A stretch of DNA of 64,000 bases from Chthoniobacteraceae bacterium. GTDB taxonomy: Bacteria; Verrucomicrobiota; Verrucomicrobiia; Chthoniobacterales; Chthoniobacteraceae. A model generated the notes under the pieces. That model searched no databases. It was not told where the DNA came from and was given only the letters and a program-made list of their open reading frames with translations. The translations under genes and the position numbers were made by a program. Numbering within the stretch: position 1 is the stretch's first letter; each line of letters opens with the position of its first letter. Where the stretch lies: the NCBI GenBank assembly GCA_037190965.1, contig JBBCKI010000062.1:1-64000 (forward strand), written 5' to 3'. Positions 44,435 through 54,575 of this stretch are shown piece by piece.

Positions 44435-45508
44435 TCATATGGGGGCCAATACCGCTTTGGCGGCCGCTTCAACCCTTGTGAGCAGTTCCTTTGGAGAGAT
44501 CACGCGGACGTGGCCGCTCCAACTCAGCACCCAGCGTTGGATCTCTTCCAGGCTTTCGAGTTCCATCGTGATTTCGATCCCCGAATCGGCGTCGTTGCCC
44601 AGCGGCGCGATCTTTTGCGAGGAGTGCCAGCGCCGCTCGGCGATTAACTGCGCGGCAAAGGCGTCGAAATGCAGGCGAATCTGATGCTTTCCGTGTCCCT
44701 TGAAGACCCCGAAGCTGCCCCCGAGATGGCTGGATATTTTGAAATCCGGTGGGCGCTCGAAGCGCTTCGCCGTGATGCAAACGTTCCGCATGCGTGGCAG
44801 GGCAAACGTGCGGAGTTGTTTGCGGGCCAGATCAAAGCCGAAGAGGTACCATTGATTTTCCACGCATGCCAGATGGTAGGGCTCCACCCGACGTTCCTCA
44901 TAGCGCGATCCCCCCAGTTTTTTATACTCGAAGGTCACCTCCAGAGACCGCAGGACGGCTTTGCTTAGGGATTCAAAAAGATCGAGATCGGTCTCCGTGG
45001 TGCCAATTCCGCGGAATGAGATGGTCGAATCGAGATCGGCCCATTGGAAGGTGACGCTGTCATGCAGACTGTCGCTGATCTTGCGAAACGCCGCATTCAA
45101 CGGCTTCTCGAACGAAGTCCCTTTGTATTGCTCCAGCGCCTTCTGCGCGACAAAGAGGGCGACGATTTCTCCCTCGGTGACTTCGAGACTGGGAAAACTC
45201 GCCACCGGTTCGGTGTAGTAGAAGCCAAATCGCATTGAATCGTACTGAATCGGCAGATTGAGCCGGTCGCGCATGAACTCGATATCGCGTTGGATGGTCT
45301 TTGCGGAGACCTCTAGTGTTTCGGCCAGCTTGCGGCAGTTGGGAAAACGGCCCGCCTGGATCTGCCGGTGGAGTTGCAGCATTCGCTCCAACGGAGGACG
45401 CGAGAATCCGCGCCCCGGTTTTGCGGGGTTAAGAGGAGGGAGTGGGCTCCTTTGAGAGGTTGTCCCGCGTTTGGTTCGATCGTCAGATTTCCGCCGCGCG
45501 CTTTCCAT
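44435..45508 (-). CDS. HTH-WYL-WCX transcriptional regulator (PafC/YafY-like)
   Basis: LAETLEVSAKTIQRDI, RRVEPYHL, WYL, RTFALPRM, WVLSWSG. Confidence 0.93.
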   Translation of the reverse strand: MESARRKSDDRTKRGTTSQRSPLPPLNPAKPGRGFSRPPLERMLQLHRQIQAGRFPNCRKLAETLEVSAKTIQRDIEFMRDRLNLPIQYDSMRFGFYYTEPVASFPSLEVTEGEIVALFVAQKALEQYKGTSFEKPLNAAFRKISDSLHDSVTFQWADLDSTISFRGIGTTETDLDLFESLSKAVLRSLEVTFEYKKLGGSRYEERRVEPYHLACVENQWYLFGFDLARKQLRTFALPRMRNVCITAKRFERPPDFKISSHLGGSFGVFKGHGKHQIRLHFDAFAAQLIAERRWHSSQKIAPLGNDADSGIEITMELESLEEIQRWVLSWSGHVRVISPKELLTRVEAAAKAVLAPI

Positions 45509-45636
45509 GGCGCTACCGCATACCGTTTGCCGGAAAGCCGGGGCAAGCCGAATCTTTTAGCCTTAAGGGAAGGGAAAAGGGGGATGGGACGTCGGATGTC
45601 TCTCCCTCCCCGCTAAGATGCAGGAAAACAACTCCT

Positions 45637-45759
45637 ATGCCGACCAAATCGACTCTCTCCCTCGTAAAATTCCTGCGCAGCCTCTTCATCCCGCGCTCAA
45701 AGCCGCTGCTCGTCCCCGTGCAGACGGAATTTCATTGGCCAGCAACGCGGCGGCGTTGA
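45637..45759 (+). CDS. Putative 40-aa peptide divergent from the WYL gene
   Basis: MPTKSTLSLVKFLRSLF...QTEFHWPATRRR*. Confidence 0.4.
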   Translation: MPTKSTLSLVKFLRSLFIPRSKPLLVPVQTEFHWPATRRR

Positions 45760-46002
45760 TCGACCCCGGAGCGTCGTCTGCTTTTTCCGCCGGATTATTT
45801 TGAGGGCAAGGACGGTGCGATCGGTTGTATTACAGCAGCCACCAGGGTGAAAACCAAACGCTTATTTCCACCTTGGCTCCAATCGTGTCAAATGGAGCGA
45901 CATGGCGCTTGATTTGTCTCGTGGGAGCGGCGTACCCTTCACGAGTTTTTACGGGGTGGATGCGCCAGCCAATTCCGCCCAAGTCGTAAAGAACAGCTAA
46001 TT

Positions 46003-46075
<73 letters not shown>

Positions 46076-46210
46076 CTCCTTGCTTCATGTTTCCCTGGGT
46101 TTGTCCCTTTTTACCCCCGCGCCGGTGCGTGACCCGCACCATATTGATTGCGCCGAGGCGTTGAATCGGTCAGATTACCCGGCTTAGTTTTTTAACCCCC
46201 AGAAAGTGCC

Positions 46211-48577
46211 ATGTCATCCGAAGTGGAACCCCTTCTTCATACCTGTACGAACTGTGCCGCGATACTCGATGTCTCGGAGCAGGAGCCATTTTCGGAAGTT
46301 CATTGCCCCAGTTGCGGCACCCGGTTGCGAGTTCGCACGCAGTTTGACCATTTTCAACTGGTCGAAGCGATCGCTTCGGGCGGGATGGGGACGGTGTACA
46401 AGGCGCGCGACATGAACTTGGACCGGATCGTCGCTCTCAAGCTCCTGCGCAAGGAGTTCAGCCTCGATCAGGAGTACATCGAGAAACTGGAAACGGAGGC
46501 GAAGATCACCGCGTCGGTGAGCCATCCTCACGTCGTCAAGGTGTTCTCCTTCGGCTGCGATCACGGGCTTTACTACATCGCCATGGAACTGGTGGACAAG
46601 GGGTCGCTTGACGACCTGATGGGTCTCCAGGGGCGCATTGCCGAGGTGCAGGTGCTTGAAATTGGGATTCAGGTCGCCCAGGGGCTTCGCGCCGCGATGG
46701 AGGCCGGGCTGATTCACCGGGACGTCAAACCGGGCAATATTCTTTTCGCCGATGCCCGTACTTCGAAGATTGTGGATTTCGGTCTCGCCATGCCGCTGGA
46801 GCAGGCCCGGGATGCGGAGGGCGGCGAGATCTGGGGGACGCCGTATTATGTCGCGCCGGAGAAGCTCAACCATGAGCCCGAGGATTTCCGAAGCGACATC
46901 TACAGCCTCGGCGGCACGCTCTTCCATGCCCTGGCGGGACGCCCTCCGTTCGAGGCTGACAACGCCTCGATGGTCGCACTCAAGCACATCAAGAGCCAAG
47001 TCGTCAGCCTTCAGGCATTCGCGCCCGATATCTCCAGCCCGACGGCTTATGTCATCAACCGGACGCTGGCAAAAAATCCGGACGAACGCTACCAGTCGTA
47101 TGACGAATTGGTCGAACACCTGGAGTACGCCCGCGCCAAACTGATCGAAAACAGCGGCAAGCCCCGGCAGGTGAAGGCCCGCGTCGTGATGGAGGGCGAG
47201 GAGCAGCAGCGGATGCTTGGCTACATCCTCATGGCGGTGATCGCCTTTACCGTTGTGCTGGGCGGCGTTCTCTTTTTCTTTAAGGACAACATCATGTCCC
47301 GCCGCCTCAGCCTGGCGGATATTGAGAAAAACCGTCTTCTCAAGGCGTCCACCTCCGCTGATGAAAGTTACTCCATCGCGCGAGGGATGATTTTCGAGAG
47401 CGAACCGGAGAGCGCGGTACCTGTCCTCTGGCAACTCGGGAACCGGCCCAACCTTTCCCAACCGCTGAAAAACTGGGTCTTCCTGCAGGAAGGGATCGCT
47501 TCGTATTTTGCCGGGCTTCCGGTGAACGCACGCGAGGCCTTTAAAAAACTTGAGCTTGATTCCATCGAAGAATCACGGCCCGAGGATAGGGGGCTGGCTG
47601 AATTCTTCCTGAACGTCGCCAATCTGGCGGGGCGAGACTTTAACGCGGTCGACGGGGTGATCAAAGATTACGGCTCTCAGGACTATCAGGCCCTTGGATT
47701 GCTGGTCACAGGCTTGAAGGAATGGGACGCCACGCGCTTTGAAAATGCCGGTAAACTTTTCGATGCATTCCTGTCGCTCGAACAGACCGGGCAATGGACG
47801 TGGATCAATAATTACAAGCCGCTGGTCCAGCGGTATATGGAGGATTACAACGCCACCAAGGATCTGATCGGAGAAATCAAACGCGCCAGCACTCCTGCCG
47901 CACGAAATGCGCTCGCACCTAAACTGGAGGGCGCCCGCATGAACCTGATGGTGCGCAGCAAACTTTCAGACTACCTGGCAGCTCAGGAACGGCTGATCAC
48001 GCCGCAGGCTCAAGGGAAGAGCCCTGGTGGAACGCCGGCTCCTGCTCCCGCCGTCCTTCGTGATCAGATGGTTCGTCTGATTCGCGATTTCCAGCCCGAT
48101 CAAGCCAAAAAGCTGATCGACAGTGTCTCTGTTTCGCCTCGGAATTCCGAGGACTATTCCGTGCTCTCCAGAAGGGCGTTCTATGCTTCGGAGTTCAAGA
48201 AACAACTCATTGCCGACTTGAACGCCAGCGGTTTTTCCGGGGCGCAACTCGTCAGGAAAACGGGTGCTCAGGTTTCGGGCAAAGTCGTGAAGGCGAGCGA
48301 ATTCCGGATCGAAATGGAGGGAGGGCCGCAAGGCAAGCAGTCGATTCTGTGGACCGACCTGAAGGAGAGCAGCATCTTCCAGATGGCTCTTTCCATGATC
48401 AAAGCGCGGGCGGGAAGCACCCCGAGCGATGCGGATGTCAAACGGCTCTGGCTGTGCGGGGCTTATGCCGCCCTGACAGACAATCGGGCCGAAGCTCTGC
48501 CGCGCTTGATGCGCGCTGCCGAGTACAAGCGAGAGTACGCACGCGATCTGTCGATCTTTGATAGTCCGCTGCGCTGA
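46211..48577 (+). CDS. Membrane Ser/Thr protein kinase with N-terminal Zn ribbon
   Basis: CTNC/CPSC, GGMGTVYKA, HRDVKPGN, DFG, GTPYYVAPE, one TM. Confidence 0.93.
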   Translation: MSSEVEPLLHTCTNCAAILDVSEQEPFSEVHCPSCGTRLRVRTQFDHFQLVEAIASGGMGTVYKARDMNLDRIVALKLLRKEFSLDQEYIEKLETEAKITASVSHPHVVKVFSFGCDHGLYYIAMELVDKGSLDDLMGLQGRIAEVQVLEIGIQVAQGLRAAMEAGLIHRDVKPGNILFADARTSKIVDFGLAMPLEQARDAEGGEIWGTPYYVAPEKLNHEPEDFRSDIYSLGGTLFHALAGRPPFEADNASMVALKHIKSQVVSLQAFAPDISSPTAYVINRTLAKNPDERYQSYDELVEHLEYARAKLIENSGKPRQVKARVVMEGEEQQRMLGYILMAVIAFTVVLGGVLFFFKDNIMSRRLSLADIEKNRLLKASTSADESYSIARGMIFESEPESAVPVLWQLGNRPNLSQPLKNWVFLQEGIASYFAGLPVNAREAFKKLELDSIEESRPEDRGLAEFFLNVANLAGRDFNAVDGVIKDYGSQDYQALGLLVTGLKEWDATRFENAGKLFDAFLSLEQTGQWTWINNYKPLVQRYMEDYNATKDLIGEIKRASTPAARNALAPKLEGARMNLMVRSKLSDYLAAQERLITPQAQGKSPGGTPAPAPAVLRDQMVRLIRDFQPDQAKKLIDSVSVSPRNSEDYSVLSRRAFYASEFKKQLIADLNASGFSGAQLVRKTGAQVSGKVVKASEFRIEMEGGPQGKQSILWTDLKESSIFQMALSMIKARAGSTPSDADVKRLWLCGAYAALTDNRAEALPRLMRAAEYKREYARDLSIFDSPLR

Positions 48578-48586
48578 TCTTCTGCG

Positions 48587-49864
48587 TTGAATTTAGCCGG
48601 TTGCGAAAGTCAGCCGTGTTGCTTTGTTTACGTCGTGCGAATCCTGAAAGCCTCCATTGTCTGCGGCGCGTTGGCGACCGGTCTTGCCGGGCTCCTTTTC
48701 AAGGCGGGCGTATTTGCCCCGTTGCAGCAGGCGCTCTTTGCCGGAGGGTTGGGGCCGGCCTGGGCGCAGTGGGTCGGCGCGGCTGTGCTCGGGTTTGGTT
48801 TGGCCGGGAGCACGGTGGACATCAACCAGACGCCTCTAAAGCTGATCGTCGCGGCCGCCGCCCTGCTGGAGACTGCCGCGCTTTCCTGGGTATTGCACCG
48901 GTTCGGGATTGCGTGGCCGCCCTTCACGGCGCTTGCCGCCGGCCTCCTTGCCACCGGATTGGGTTTGGCGTGGGGCCGCACGCCGGGCGGAGCCCGTAAG
49001 CGGCATCTTGAAACGCTCTTTGGCGGGCGTATCTCGCGGCGGAAATTTCGCGAATGGCTCGATTCCGACGAACCCCTGGAGGGCTCCGGGGAACGCACCG
49101 AGGGCAGCGTGATTGTCTGCGAAATTTTCAACCAGGAGCTTCTTGCCGACACGCTTTCTCCCCGGGATTGCATCGCTTTGACCAACGCCTTTCTGAGCAC
49201 CGGCGCAAAGGCGTTGATGGAATCCGGCGGCGTGCTCGACGTGGCGGGTGGCGACCGCTTGCGCGCGGTTTTTGGAATCCCCATCGCGGAACCCAATCAC
49301 GCCGCACAAGCCTGCGCGGCGGCGTTGGAGTTGGGGCACACCCTGGAGGCATTTTGCCAGGAGGCGCAGGAGCGCTGGAAGATCGCTCCCGATTTCCGCA
49401 TCGCGGTCAATTCCGGCGAAATGGTGGCCGCCACGGGATATGTCGGGAGCTTCAGCGTGACGGGGGAGTCGCTTGAATTTTGTCGTCGGCTTTGTGCGGC
49501 CAATGCTTTCTACGGTTCTCGCATTTTGCTTGGCCCTCACGCCTTCCAGCTTGCGCCGGAAGCCGTTGAAGTCCGCCCCATCGAGCTGTTCGTGCCTCAC
49601 GGCCAGCAGGCTCCCGAGGAGATTTACGAGTTGCTCGCGCCCAAGAACCGTCTTACCGCCGAGGAAGCCGAGCGCCGCGACACGTTCTGGAAGGGGATCG
49701 TCCTCTTCCGCGAGCGCGAATGGGATCTCGCCGCCGCGCATTTCGAAACCGTCCTCCGGTGTGACGCGATGTGCGAGGACGGGCCTTCGCGCTTTTATCT
49801 CAACCGGATCGCCCATCTCCGCGATGGCGTTCGCGCGCTCGATTGGGATACGGTGAAACTATGA
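48587..49864 (+). CDS. Membrane adenylate/guanylate cyclase-like protein, degenerate (start uncertain)
   Basis: TM helices then GD...AVFG.P, AC.AAL, RIAVNSG, ..RL..AN.FYG. Confidence 0.8.
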   Translation: MNLAGCESQPCCFVYVVRILKASIVCGALATGLAGLLFKAGVFAPLQQALFAGGLGPAWAQWVGAAVLGFGLAGSTVDINQTPLKLIVAAAALLETAALSWVLHRFGIAWPPFTALAAGLLATGLGLAWGRTPGGARKRHLETLFGGRISRRKFREWLDSDEPLEGSGERTEGSVIVCEIFNQELLADTLSPRDCIALTNAFLSTGAKALMESGGVLDVAGGDRLRAVFGIPIAEPNHAAQACAAALELGHTLEAFCQEAQERWKIAPDFRIAVNSGEMVAATGYVGSFSVTGESLEFCRRLCAANAFYGSRILLGPHAFQLAPEAVEVRPIELFVPHGQQAPEEIYELLAPKNRLTAEEAERRDTFWKGIVLFREREWDLAAAHFETVLRCDAMCEDGPSRFYLNRIAHLRDGVRALDWDTVKL

Positions 49865-50466
49865 AGCGCGCAGAATATCCCACCGCCATCCGCGATTTGA
49901 TCGGCGAACTCAAACGGATGCCGGGGATCGGCCCTCGCTCCGCGGAGCGGATCGCCCTCTGGATGGTGGGCGCGCGCAATGCCCGGCCCGGTGAGATCGC
50001 GCGGGTCATCGCGGCCGTCGGTGAATCGATTCACCCGTGCCGCGAATGCGGTTTTTTCACCTCGGAACCGGTGTGCGAGATTTGCAGCGATCCGTCGCGC
50101 GCCACGGAACTGCTTTGCGTCGTCGAGCAGGCCACCGACATCCTGCCGTTGGAGCGTACCGGGGCATTTCGAGGGCGATACCATGCCCTCGGCGGCCGCA
50201 TTTCGCCGCTCGATCACGTCGGCCCGGAGGATCTCCGCATCGATGCTCTGCTGGAGCGGGTCCGTAAGGAAACGCCTACCGAAGTCATTCTGGCGCTCGG
50301 CGCCGACGTCGAGGGCGAAGCCACCGCCAGCTATCTTGCGGAGTTGCTTCGGGAGCTTCCCGTACAGGTCACGCGCATCGCCCAGGGGCTTCCCGCCGGG
50401 GGCGGGTTGGAGCATGCTGACGAACTGACTCTGAGCCGCGCCTTGAGCGGTCGTGTCACGCTTTAA
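49861..50466 (+). CDS. recR: Recombination protein RecR
   Basis: MPGIGPRSAERIA, C4 zinc finger, VVEQ, YH.LGG, EGEATA.Y, TRIAQG.P.G. Confidence 0.97.
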   Translation: MKRAEYPTAIRDLIGELKRMPGIGPRSAERIALWMVGARNARPGEIARVIAAVGESIHPCRECGFFTSEPVCEICSDPSRATELLCVVEQATDILPLERTGAFRGRYHALGGRISPLDHVGPEDLRIDALLERVRKETPTEVILALGADVEGEATASYLAELLRELPVQVTRIAQGLPAGGGLEHADELTLSRALSGRVTL

Positions 50467-50700
50467 CTCAGTACTCCGGGATGTGCCCCTCGGGTTCTCC
50501 GGAACGTCCCGGTAGGACAGGTTAGGAACTCTCCCAGGCCTGAATCTGGCTTTTTCAAACGTATTTTGTACGCCTCGGTACTCTGCCAAAGCCGAGGGAA
50601 TGGAGTTTCGGAAATTACAAAAAAAGACGTTGTCGGAGAACTTTAATTGTAGGTAAAAATTACCGGTATTGGATGATCACTCAAGTTTGAGAAACACCTT

Positions 50701-53175
50701 ATGCCGACAGTAAAGCAACCAAGCCGTAGCGTTACCCATTCTTCTCAATTCAACGAGGAGGCTCAGTTTAAACAATCGGCTCATCTCGCAAATGCGAGTC
50801 CGTTCATGTCAAAAGTGGGACAGGCAGGAAAGCGGGCGGTGCATAACGTCAGCGCACTGACGATCCTCGGGGCGGGACTGCTCTTTGCCCTGTCGTCGGC
50901 TCATGCCGCGAACACGACGTGGACGGGGGCGTCCGGTTCATGGAATACCCCGGGGAGTTGGAGTGCGGGGTTGCCGACCACATCCGGCTCGACGGAGATC
51001 AACAACGGTGCCGTTGTCTCTGTCGGCGAGGGTGTTTCCGGAAGCTATGACAGACTTTTCGTCGGGAATATCGATGGAGGAGCGGGAGCGATAGAACTCG
51101 CGGGAGGCCAGCTCTCCGGCGGGCTTACCTATTTGGGTGACAATGCCGCAGGGAGCGGTAATGCGACCGTGACGAGCGGTACTTGGACCCACACTTTCGA
51201 TTTATATGTTGGCAACGGGGGGCAGGGCGTACTCGGCATGAGCGGTGGCGCCATTTCCAGCCGTGCGGGGTATATCGGATATTTGGCCGGTTCGAACGGC
51301 AGCGCGTCGATTACGGGTGGGACATGGACCATGACCAACGCTCTGATTATAGGTTATTCCGGTACCGGCTCGTTCGGGCTCAATGGCGGCATTATTTCCG
51401 CCGGCAATAATTCCGCCATTGGCAGTACCAACACGGGTGTCGGTACCGCCACCATCACCAGCGGCACATTAGGCGTGACCAACTTTACCGTCGGCGACGC
51501 GGGAAAGGGGACGTTGACGATCAATGGAGGGCTGGTTAACGCTTCCAGCAACTTCATTATTGGGAGTAAAGTCACGGGCGAAGGGAAGGTGATTGTCAGC
51601 AGCGGCACCTTGAATTCCACGTCACAGATTTTCGTCGGGGGCGGTAGCGTCGATCACAAAGCCTCCTTGGAAGTGAGCGGCGGAAGGGTCGCCACCACGA
51701 GCAATATAACAGTGGCCTCTGGCACATCCAGTCTTGGCGAGGTGACAGTCACGAGCGGTACCCTCAGCGCTTCCACTCTGACCGTTGGGCTGAGTGGGAC
51801 TGCGTCGATGTCGGTGAGCGGTGGGGTTGTTTCGGCAACTAATAGCATTATAGGCAGCGGTACAACTGGCAATGCCAACGTCACGCTCAACGGTGGAACA
51901 TGGAATACCACCAGAAGCATGAATGTTGGAGCCAGTGGGACGGCAACGATTGCGGTCGAAGGCGGCGTTCTCACGACGGGTACACTCAACGTTGGAGCCA
52001 ACACGACGGGTCACGGAACCGTCACGGTTTCCAGCGGGACAGCGATCGTGAATTCCACTGTGGCCATTGGCGTGGACGGCTCAGGGACCGTGGATATTTC
52101 CGGCGGCCTGGTTAACGCCAAGACGGTCACCGTGGCTTCGGGTACCTCTGACACCGCTTTCGGTACGGGGACTCTCAGGCTTTCCGGCAGCGAGGGTAGT
52201 CGCGGCATTCTGGCAACTGAGTCTATCGGGAAAGCGACCAACAGCACAGGGACCGCTTCGGTCGTATTTGATGGCGGGATCGTCCGCGCCAAGGTTCAAC
52301 AGGCCAGCTTTATCAGCAACTTCGACGACGGGGAACTCGTCATAGAAGATGGCGGGGCCATCATCGACAGCAACGGCTTCAATATCGGCATCACCTCCTC
52401 CCTCAGTGGAACCGGTGGGCTGACCAAGCAGGGGACCGGTGCCCTGACCCTCAGTGCCAGCAACAGCTACAGCGGAGGAACGGTTATCGAAGCTGGCACC
52501 GTGGTCGCCGGAGCCAATCACGCGCTCGGCACGGGAGGCGTGACCATCAAGAGCGGAACGCTTTCGATTCAAAGCGGAGTTGAATTCACCAACACCGTCA
52601 CTCTCGAAGGGGGAAGTTTCGGGCGTGGAATCGGCTCTGGTGCAAGCCTTGCGAATGCCGTCGATCTCACCAGCTCCATCGGCGGTGTGACCACGGCAGC
52701 CAAAATCGTGGATGGCATCAGCTCGACGCAAGCGACGTTGCAGGGGAGTTTTTCCGCCAGCTCGTTAGCGATTAATGACGAACTCCGCACCGGCGATGTG
52801 TTGCACCTGAGCGGTGTCTCCGTGATCGACCTCGGCACGGGGAAGACAGATACTTTTGTGCTTCAGATTCAGGTTGCCAATCTCGAAGCAGGCAACATCC
52901 TCGGCTGGCTGAATTCCGAGACCAATCTATGGGTCAACGCGGTGGACGGTAATATTGGCGGGTTGGCTACGTTCTTTGACAGGGGGTACGATGCCGAGAC
53001 CGATTTCGTCCTCGGAAATTACGGGATTGATGTGGAGAACGGCATTGTTTGGGCGGTCCTCAATCACAATAGCGATTTCGCGGTGATTCCCGAGCCGGGT
53101 ACCTGGGCGCTGCTCCTCTTCGGTGGTGCGGCGTTTGTGGGCTGGAGGAAGCGGCGCAGTGGCGGTGTAAGCTGA
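50701..53175 (+). CDS. PEP-CTERM surface protein with autotransporter-associated beta-strand repeats (start uncertain)
   Basis: Gly/Thr repeats, GGLTKQGTGALTLSASNSYSGGT, C-terminal IPEPGTWALL+TM+RKRR. Confidence 0.9.
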   Translation: MPTVKQPSRSVTHSSQFNEEAQFKQSAHLANASPFMSKVGQAGKRAVHNVSALTILGAGLLFALSSAHAANTTWTGASGSWNTPGSWSAGLPTTSGSTEINNGAVVSVGEGVSGSYDRLFVGNIDGGAGAIELAGGQLSGGLTYLGDNAAGSGNATVTSGTWTHTFDLYVGNGGQGVLGMSGGAISSRAGYIGYLAGSNGSASITGGTWTMTNALIIGYSGTGSFGLNGGIISAGNNSAIGSTNTGVGTATITSGTLGVTNFTVGDAGKGTLTINGGLVNASSNFIIGSKVTGEGKVIVSSGTLNSTSQIFVGGGSVDHKASLEVSGGRVATTSNITVASGTSSLGEVTVTSGTLSASTLTVGLSGTASMSVSGGVVSATNSIIGSGTTGNANVTLNGGTWNTTRSMNVGASGTATIAVEGGVLTTGTLNVGANTTGHGTVTVSSGTAIVNSTVAIGVDGSGTVDISGGLVNAKTVTVASGTSDTAFGTGTLRLSGSEGSRGILATESIGKATNSTGTASVVFDGGIVRAKVQQASFISNFDDGELVIEDGGAIIDSNGFNIGITSSLSGTGGLTKQGTGALTLSASNSYSGGTVIEAGTVVAGANHALGTGGVTIKSGTLSIQSGVEFTNTVTLEGGSFGRGIGSGASLANAVDLTSSIGGVTTAAKIVDGISSTQATLQGSFSASSLAINDELRTGDVLHLSGVSVIDLGTGKTDTFVLQIQVANLEAGNILGWLNSETNLWVNAVDGNIGGLATFFDRGYDAETDFVLGNYGIDVENGIVWAVLNHNSDFAVIPEPGTWALLLFGGAAFVGWRKRRSGGVS

Positions 53176-53330
53176 GGCGAACCTGTCATCAGCTAGGCTG
53201 TCCGAATTCTAATCCGAGCATCAGGGCCACCCCCACTGGGTGGCCCCGAGCCGTTTCGTAAAGCAGTGCACTGGTTCGGCTCTGAATAAACTGCACTGCC
53301 ATCGCAGAAGAAATGGGCCATATTGAGCGT

Positions 53331-54356
53331 ATGAGCCTTCGTCTCTCCGAGATTCCTTTCTCTGTTCTGGACCTGGTGCCTGTCGCGATCGGCACCACGC
53401 CCGCCGAAGCCTTGCGCCGCTCGCTGGATCTTGCGAGGCACGCGGAACAATGGGGTTTCAACCGTTATTGGGTGGCGGAGCATCACAACATGCCGGGCAT
53501 CGCCAGTGCGGCGACATCGGTGGTGATTGGCCACATCGCGGGCGGTACTTCCACGATGCGCGTTGGCTCGGGCGGCATCATGTTGCCTAATCACGCGCCG
53601 TTGATGATCGCTGAGCAGTTTGGGACGCTGGAGTCGCTGTATCCCGGCCGGATCGATCTCGGGCTCGGGCGCGCGCCGGGAACCGATCAGGTGACCGTGC
53701 GCTCCCTGCGCCGGGGGCTCGGAAGCAATGGCGACGATTTCCCGGAATTGCTGGCGGAACTGCGGAATTTTTTGCGCCCGGTGACGCCGGGGCAGCCTGT
53801 TCGGGCCGTTCCCGGAGCGGGACTGGAACTTCCGATCTGGCTTCTTGGCTCCGGCGGGTTCAGCGCCCGGCTTGCGGGGCAACTCGGCTTGCCATTTGCC
53901 TCCGCAGGGCATTTTTCGCCCGACAACATGCTGGCGGGTCTGGAGATCTACCGGCACAGTTTTCGACCTTCCGAGACGCTTGCCAAGCCGTACGCGATGG
54001 TGGGGGTGAATGTCATCGCCGCCGATACCGATGAGGAAGCCCAGCGCCTGATCACTTCTCATTATCTGGCGCACCTCAATCTCATTCGCGGAGTGCCGTC
54101 AGAGTTGCCACGGCCCGTCGACAGCATGGAGGGGCGCTGGAGTCCTCAGGAACAAGCCGCCGTTGCCTCCTTCACGCGCGGATCGATCTTCGGCAGTCCG
54201 GCTACCGTCGTCGCGAAACTGGAAGCGCTTGTCGAAGAAACGCAGGCCGACGAACTGATGGTTCACGCCATGATCTTCGATCACGCCGCACGCCTGCGTT
54301 CCTACGAGCTTCTGGCGAAAGCTGTTATTGAACCCAAAAACCAATGGGGTGCATGA
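53331..54356 (+). CDS. LLM-class flavin-dependent oxidoreductase
   Basis: [37 protein letters not shown]. Confidence 0.93.
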   Translation: MSLRLSEIPFSVLDLVPVAIGTTPAEALRRSLDLARHAEQWGFNRYWVAEHHNMPGIASAATSVVIGHIAGGTSTMRVGSGGIMLPNHAPLMIAEQFGTLESLYPGRIDLGLGRAPGTDQVTVRSLRRGLGSNGDDFPELLAELRNFLRPVTPGQPVRAVPGAGLELPIWLLGSGGFSARLAGQLGLPFASAGHFSPDNMLAGLEIYRHSFRPSETLAKPYAMVGVNVIAADTDEEAQRLITSHYLAHLNLIRGVPSELPRPVDSMEGRWSPQEQAAVASFTRGSIFGSPATVVAKLEALVEETQADELMVHAMIFDHAARLRSYELLAKAVIEPKNQWGA

Positions 54357-54383
54357 CGGGAAAAAAGAAAGGTGGGGAGCACC

Positions 54384-54532
54384 GGTAGCCCGCTCGCGCC
54401 GTCGAGCGCGGGTATCGGCTTTCTTGTCTCTCCTTTGATGCCAAATCCCAGCAGAACCAGCCCGTCCTGCGGGGATGAAGGTCAAACGTGCCCTTTGTCA
54501 TGTCCCGCGCTCTCGGCGAGAGCGGGGGCCCC
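54384..54532 (+). repeat. REPIN-like element (GTAG family), copy A
   Basis: GGTAG CCCGCTCGCGCCGTCGAGCGCGGG...CCCGCGCTCTCGGCGAGAGCGG; homologous to 60147 and 63627 copies. Confidence 0.8.
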
Positions 54533-54575
54533 TTGCACGTCCTTCAGTCACTTACCCGATCGCACGCGAAGCCGA

